DNA from: Methanocorpusculum parvum
GTDB taxonomy: Archaea; Halobacteriota; Methanomicrobia; Methanomicrobiales; Methanocorpusculaceae
Length of the DNA stretch: 32,000 nucleotides
Reading direction: 5' to 3'
Assembly (NCBI GenBank): GCA_015063085.1
Contig: SUTD01000003.1
Span: forward strand, 1 to 32,000
Shown: positions 27,256-32,000 of the stretch, piece after piece
Layout: each line of letters starts with the position of its first letter
Numbering within the stretch: the stretch's first letter is position 1
The notes under the pieces: model-generated
What the model saw: only the letters and a program-made list of their open reading frames with translations
Told to the model about the DNA's origin: nothing
The model's database searches: none
Program-made: the position numbers and the translations under genes

Positions 27256-28643
27256 AGTAGTTTATCCTGAATTTCATTCATCATATTAATTGAGTCATCA
27301 AAACTTGAGATTGAAATTCCCCAATTCTCATCCACATGCACAGGAACTAAAGTATATGCATCATTTGGCTTCTTAGATTTACTTGATGAATACTGCTCCG
27401 TGGCGTAAATCTTAATATTTTTTGGGTTGAGCACCTCAGACTCATCGTATCCATACATCTCCATTATATCATTACTTTTAGAATTATTCTGGTTAAATAA
27501 TATCAACGTGTTGAACTCTCTTATAATATAATCACTATGTGTAGTAATAAATATCTTAATTCCAGCATTTGCCAGTCTTACAAATAATCTTGCGATAAGA
27601 CGCTGGTTTTCAGGATGAAGATTAAGTTCTGGTTCATCCACGATGAGATTTTCATTTTTCTGTGCGCGGTGACGCAAATAGTAATCTATATGGATCAACG
27701 CACGAGCAACACTTGAACTCTCAGTAAGTTGAAGTTTTGGAGAACGTGATTTTGATAACTTGGGGATAAAGATAACATCACCATCTTTATCAATTCCATA
27801 TGTACCTCCAACAATTTCACTAAATTTAGCCAAAATCTCTGGGTTTGATTGTGAGAGTGGACTCTCCAGATGAAGCGAATCAAGTTCCTGAATAAAAGTT
27901 ACATTATCTTTAACTGGAAGAGGGTATAGAGAATAGGAACTAAATAGAAATTCATGTATATCAATATCTTTATCTTTGGTTGCGGACTCACTAAGCTTTT
28001 CCACGATACGATTTCGATTCAAATATAATTCTTTTTTAAAGATACTAGCACCTGTTCTTTCAACACTGGCGATAAACGTATCAGAACCAAACACATTTTT
28101 AAACATCACACGCAGGATGGTATGACCAATAAGAGTCAATAAGAAAGTCGATGGGAGAGGAATTGTATCATTTTCATTAATATTTGATACATATAGTATC
28201 TTTTTATCGACATCAGTATTAAATACGAGTGATTCACCATATTTTACTTTAGTTGGTGCTGGAATAAGTACGTCTGAATCATCCAAAATAATCTGAAACT
28301 TTGAATTTTTAAATCTCTTTTCTGTTGATGCAAATACTCTGTAAAGAGTTTTTGAGTATATATCACAGATATTATTAAGTATATTTGAGTAGTTATCGAG
28401 ATACTTTCCAATATTTATTTCTAATACCTTGTTTTCCTTGAGTTCATCAGTATTTATATCAGATAAGTCAATAATTTCATCAGAATATTCGATAAGACCT
28501 GTTTTCAGAAAATTAAGAAACCCATAATATGCATATGTTACATAAGTTTTACCAGAATTATTCTTACCACAAATTACCGTGATATCTCCAGGGACTAGTT
28601 CTGCATGTTTTATAGCACCTATGTTATCAACTATTATCTTCAT
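27246..28643 (-). CDS. ABC/OLD-like AAA-family ATPase (RecF/SMC-type head) without TOPRIM domain
   Basis: 465 aa; Walker A VICGKNNSGKTYVTYAYYGFLNF, signature region LQLTESSSVARAL, Walker B/D-loop ENLIVDEPELNLHPENQRLIARLFVRLANAG, H-loop IFITTHSDYIIREF. It ends too soon after the H-loop to hold a TOPRIM domain. Confidence 0.88.
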   Translation of the reverse strand: MKIIVDNIGAIKHAELVPGDITVICGKNNSGKTYVTYAYYGFLNFLKTGLIEYSDEIIDLSDINTDELKENKVLEINIGKYLDNYSNILNNICDIYSKTLYRVFASTEKRFKNSKFQIILDDSDVLIPAPTKVKYGESLVFNTDVDKKILYVSNINENDTIPLPSTFLLTLIGHTILRVMFKNVFGSDTFIASVERTGASIFKKELYLNRNRIVEKLSESATKDKDIDIHEFLFSSYSLYPLPVKDNVTFIQELDSLHLESPLSQSNPEILAKFSEIVGGTYGIDKDGDVIFIPKLSKSRSPKLQLTESSSVARALIHIDYYLRHRAQKNENLIVDEPELNLHPENQRLIARLFVRLANAGIKIFITTHSDYIIREFNTLILFNQNNSKSNDIMEMYGYDESEVLNPKNIKIYATEQYSSSKSKKPNDAYTLVPVHVDENWGISISSFDDSINMMNEIQDKLLWN

Positions 28644-29149
28644 AAAAATCTGTATTGTATTATTTGTTTTTTTTAGTATAGAGTTGTTTTGTTGAGAGTA
28701 GTGTATCGTACCAAAAAAAAGAATCGTCTTTGAGTTGTGTCAGATTCAACTTTAGTGTGTCACTCAACAACACTAGGATTGCCCAAGTTACACAACATAA
28801 AAAGGATTCATTTTTTGGAGGGAGGGGGTGGTACAGCACAAATTTAGATTATGCCCCTTAAAATATAAGGCAAGACCTTCGTTATACCAGAGAACACAAC
28901 TACAACACAAACCAAAAGCAGTGGTGTAAAGTCCTCAATTGGAATGCAGTTTTAATAAGAACATAGTAAATCAAAAACGCAACTGCAACAGAGATTGTTA
29001 TTGAAAAATAGGTAGCTCCAACTCAGACTACGAATTGACTTATATAATTAAGAGTATAATTACATTGATTATAGATACATACTTCAGAAAGACAAATGGA
29101 ATAAAAAAAACGAACTATCAATAATATGGCACAGATTATTGATATTCCA

Positions 29150-29640
29150 GCAGATGCAAGAACTCGGAGCTGAATATATTTATCAAGAGTATAGAACATT
29201 ACTCCATTATGTTACATCATGAATCATTCCTTCCCCAATTTTGAGATTGTGTAAGTCAAGTTGTCTCTGGAATTCCACCCAGACAAGTTTGTCAACACTG
29301 GTTTAAACATGCACCCTCTAAACAACTAGATTGCAGAATTGTCAGGGATTGAATCTGGACGATTGGGTAAATACCATAAAGAAAGATGATTATTAATCTC
29401 GTGTTCTATGGCAATATCAGAGAGATTGTAACAGACTTTAAGTGACCGGGTTTTAAACATCAGGACAACATCAACATTAGGATGCCCAGCATTGGAAGAC
29501 TGATTATAGTACATGGTTTCCAGAATTAGGTGGAAAGCAGATTAGTCAATAAGTATTCCAACTTCAGATAAACAGACGCCGATTTTGTAGCAACGATTGA
29601 AATAAATCCCATTCAAACAAAAACTCTGAAAGATAGTCAT
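29150..29640 (-). pseudogene. Decayed IS5-family transposase (N-terminal remnant)
   Basis: ORF 29326..29514 minus gives NAGHPNVDVVLMFKTRSLKVCYNLSDIAIEHEINNHLSLWYLPNRPDSIPDNSAI, matching the IS5-family pattern GGRPNYDVVLMFK.LVLQ..Y.LSD...E..I.DRLSF..FLG....IPD.STIW. Reading continues through a stop into LFRG and, after a frameshift, GMIHDVT (compare G.IQDATFI). Upstream, manual translation gives HDYLSEFLFEWDLFQSLLQNRRLF. Boundaries are approximate. Confidence 0.65.
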
Positions 29641-29784
29641 GAAATTATATTGTCCAAGCAATAAAATAGTGATTGTGAATTAAAAATATGAGTTATTAGA
29701 AATTCCCCATATGTGTATTTGTTGTGTGTATTTTATGTGTTTGTATTGATAATATACTTATAAACACTATAAATGTAGAATATA

Positions 29785-31791
29785 TTATGGTGATTTGTTC
29801 TGGAACATTATTGCAAGTCTTGTTATAAAAATAGCAAGAAAGATGTAGTTAATTATAGATAGTAAAAACATAAACACACTTACAAATGTAGATTCACCTG
29901 ATGTGGATGTATATAATGACAAGTAAGATGGAATATCATTAGTAAGTCCCCAAATATATTCTGTTAAATTAAATGAAGATGATTCTATGATGAGTTCATG
30001 TATATTCCAATAGAGGGTAATAAGTATAAAACTAATAACATTTACAATTCCTAAACAAATGAATGTTAATTTGCTATTTGTTCCATAGTCTGATAAACTC
30101 CAAAATATTCTAACAGGTATTTGTAGTATCTTGTGCTTTTTATACCATTTGTTCCAGTATATTTGACGTATATTTCGTTCTAAATATGATAATAAGTTTG
30201 GATTAATGCGAGATGTGGAAAGGCTAACGCCACTAAAATCAGTGTGTTTGTTTGCAAAATGTTTAGAATTACCTTTGAAGATAGTACTGGAATCAACAGA
30301 ACTCATTACAAATACTGCATCCTTAATGTTAGTGTATGAAAATATTGCCCCTTCTAGCTGACTATATGATAGGTATGCACCAGATAAATTTGCGTTTGAA
30401 AAATTTGCCCCCCTAAGATTAGCATGTGTCAAGTTTGCATTACTGAGATTCGCTCTCTTAAAATTAACATTTTCAAGATTGCTATATGTGAAGTTTACCC
30501 CAACCAACGATGAATGCTCAAAATTGGCTCCTGAGAGATTCGATTCAAATATTGTCATACCATCCAATGATAAATGTGACATTTCAATATTTGGCATGTA
30601 AACATGTTTCAAAACAATGTTCTCATAATCTTTAATCATTTTACGTTGCTCAAGGAATCTGATATATTTTGACCAATTCTCTTGAGACCAGAGTTCATAA
30701 AATGAATTATACATCTCTTGCCTTTTATTAGTTACAGAATGTGATAATTTTGGAGAGATGGAATTCTCATCAAAACAGAGAGAAGACAATATATAGAAAG
30801 AATCACGGATGTTGGACGATAAATAGTGCTTAAATTCATCAACTGCAGCTGTCTTATTTGAGACATAGTGTTCACAACACATAGCCAATATTTTTGGATA
30901 CTCAGTACTAGTTTGGGTTAATTTTTCTAACTTTTCAAAATCAGAACAATTTATATTACAACCAATTGATTTGATAAATTCATAAATTACCTTTCCCCTA
31001 TCATGTTCATTATCCATTTTATTCATCCTTCCTAAATATATATAATCATCCTTGAATTTCAAATCACAAATATGCGTGTTGTGATATCTAAGTCTTACTA
31101 TCAATATTTTAAGAAAATTGACCAATTTTTGTTTTTTTGATACACCAACCTCATTATATATCTCATCTGTTGAAGAGACCATGATTATAGCCCTTCGAGA
31201 ACTTTCTACTTTATCTATAACAAATCCATTTCGAATGTAGTATGAAGCTGCACCATATTTTGAATCAAGATAGATTAATTCATATTCTTTATCACATCTA
31301 AAACATTTATCCTTACCTCGATTATGATTAAGATACCTTAGTGTACGAAATATGGAGTATATTAAAGAATAACCAATATGGCAACCACAATATCTACTAT
31401 CTCTTCCCAAAGCTTTTATATTTAAGTATGCTTCGTCATTAGGGCCAATTTTTTCACCTAATGTATAGTAACCTACAAAATTATCTTTCCAATACAGAAG
31501 GAATGTTCTGTAGTCATCATTATTTATTGCCTCAGCAATAAGATGATTTCTTATCTCAGGTTCTTCGGAATGGAATTTAATAACAGTAGATAAGTAGGGT
31601 ATACTTTCATTCTTTTTGTGTGTGTGACTCGAAAATAGACTCACCAATTTATTGCCAGATGGTTCTATTGTATATATCACATTTCCTTTTGAATCAATAG
31701 GATAACATGAACAATAACAGATACAATATCTTGTAAAATCTTCTAAAGAAATCGTGTTTTTCTTATCTCGTATTTTATCTAGTAACCACAT
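29785..31791 (-). CDS. GNAT (TacT-like) / pentapeptide-repeat / C-terminal membrane-domain protein
   Basis: 668 aa. N-terminal IKFHSEEPEIRNHLIAEAINNDDYRTFLLYWKDNFVGYYTLGE, RDSRYCGCHIGYSLI and AASYYIRNGF resemble TacT-like GNATs. Central repeats read SNLSGANFEHSSLVGVNFTYSNLENVNFKRANLSNANLTHANLRGANFSNANLSGAYL. The C-terminus has two hydrophobic segments. Confidence 0.75.
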   Translation of the reverse strand: MWLLDKIRDKKNTISLEDFTRYCICYCSCYPIDSKGNVIYTIEPSGNKLVSLFSSHTHKKNESIPYLSTVIKFHSEEPEIRNHLIAEAINNDDYRTFLLYWKDNFVGYYTLGEKIGPNDEAYLNIKALGRDSRYCGCHIGYSLIYSIFRTLRYLNHNRGKDKCFRCDKEYELIYLDSKYGAASYYIRNGFVIDKVESSRRAIIMVSSTDEIYNEVGVSKKQKLVNFLKILIVRLRYHNTHICDLKFKDDYIYLGRMNKMDNEHDRGKVIYEFIKSIGCNINCSDFEKLEKLTQTSTEYPKILAMCCEHYVSNKTAAVDEFKHYLSSNIRDSFYILSSLCFDENSISPKLSHSVTNKRQEMYNSFYELWSQENWSKYIRFLEQRKMIKDYENIVLKHVYMPNIEMSHLSLDGMTIFESNLSGANFEHSSLVGVNFTYSNLENVNFKRANLSNANLTHANLRGANFSNANLSGAYLSYSQLEGAIFSYTNIKDAVFVMSSVDSSTIFKGNSKHFANKHTDFSGVSLSTSRINPNLLSYLERNIRQIYWNKWYKKHKILQIPVRIFWSLSDYGTNSKLTFICLGIVNVISFILITLYWNIHELIIESSSFNLTEYIWGLTNDIPSYLSLYTSTSGESTFVSVFMFLLSIINYIFLAIFITRLAIMFQNKSP
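30305..30600 (-). repeat. Pentapeptide-repeat coding segment (A(N/D)LXX type) inside the 668-aa ORF
   Basis: Consecutive five-residue units such as SNLSG ANFEH SSLVG VNFTY SNLEN VNFKR ANLSN ANLTH ANLRG ANFSN ANLSG AYLSY. Confidence 0.85.
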
Positions 31792-31919
31792 TCATTAATA
31801 ATTCTCAGTATCTTTGAAGAGTCCAAGTTTGCATCTTTAGAATTACTATTGTTGGAGTTAGACTTTTTAATAAATCTACCTAACTGACTTAAATCGATTT
31901 CATATTCTATTAATGCCAT
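31779..31919 (-). CDS. Possible 46-aa small protein overlapping the start of the 668-aa ORF
   Basis: Manual translation from ATG 31919..31917 gives MALIEYEIDLSQLGRFIKKSNSNNSNSKDANLDSSKILRIINECGY*, with the stop at 31781..31779. It overlaps the ATG of the 668-aa ORF (31791) by 13 nt. Absent from the supplied ORF track, probably because of a length cutoff. Confidence 0.35.
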   Translation of the reverse strand: MALIEYEIDLSQLGRFIKKSNSNNSNSKDANLDSSKILRIINECGY

Positions 31920-31936
31920 AACTTAAGACCACAATA

Positions 31937-31945
31937 ATATATAAT
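31937..31945 (-). promoter_or_regulatory. Candidate TATA-like element upstream of the 46-aa ORF / 668-aa gene
   Basis: AT-rich TATA-like sequence (plus strand atatataat) 18-26 nt upstream of ATG 31919. A second TATA-like stretch at about 31958-31970 is an alternative. Confidence 0.3.
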
Positions 31946-32000
31946 GTAATTAACTATCTATTATAATTATAGAATTAATAATTTAAATATTTATTTAATC

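Noticed and set aside
27246-28643. Gabija or OLD-family assignment of the ATPase
   Set aside because: The protein ends shortly after the H-loop with no TOPRIM motif, and the partner is not a UvrD-like helicase.
26647-28643. Septu or PARIS assignment of the operon
   Set aside because: The partner has no HNH motif (Septu) and, as far as can be judged by eye, no DUF4435/TOPRIM signature (PARIS). A profile search is needed to confirm.
28818-28832. G-rich tract as a possible G-quadruplex or transposon terminus
   Set aside because: Only one short tract, and no matching inverted copy was found near the other side of the IS remnant; too weak to annotate.
26466-32000. Search for CRISPR array, tRNA or integrase at the island edge
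   Set aside because: No regularly spaced repeats, no tRNA-like GTTCRANNC/acceptor arrangement and no tyrosine or serine recombinase ORF seen within the window.

Overview
This 32 kb archaeal window looks like a methanogen of the Methanomicrobiales / Methanocorpusculum type. That assignment is inferred from gene content and protein character; no database search was run. Positions 1-26465 are mostly ordinary core genes with higher GC: the 5' end of ribosomal protein S17e, a ThiN-like protein, an HD-domain protein, a TraX-like protein, malate dehydrogenase, family B DNA polymerase, a secreted/membrane protein overlapping threonine synthase, a membrane-bound hydrolase, a HepT/MntA toxin-antitoxin pair, a surface-glycan cassette (flippase, large membrane protein, WecC, WecB, GT4), a nitrilase, a small membrane protein, an amino-acid ABC transporter lacking its binding protein, a 1568-aa DUF4011 / SF1-helicase / Vsr-like / DUF3320 protein of putative defence function, a UDP-sugar epimerase and a GT2. 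From about 26470 to the window end the sequence is clearly AT-rich and accessory-like. It holds the best candidates for undescribed biology. The first is a two-gene operon of an ABC/OLD-like ATPase without TOPRIM and a 202-aa protein with a PD-(D/E)XK-like signature. The second is a 668-aa protein combining a TacT/GNAT-like N-terminus, a pentapeptide-repeat segment and a C-terminal membrane domain that resembles a two-TM pore without a recognisable selectivity filter, preceded by an overlapping 46-aa ORF absent from the supplied ORF track. A decayed IS5-family transposase remnant lies between the two. No tRNA, rRNA or CRISPR array was recognised.
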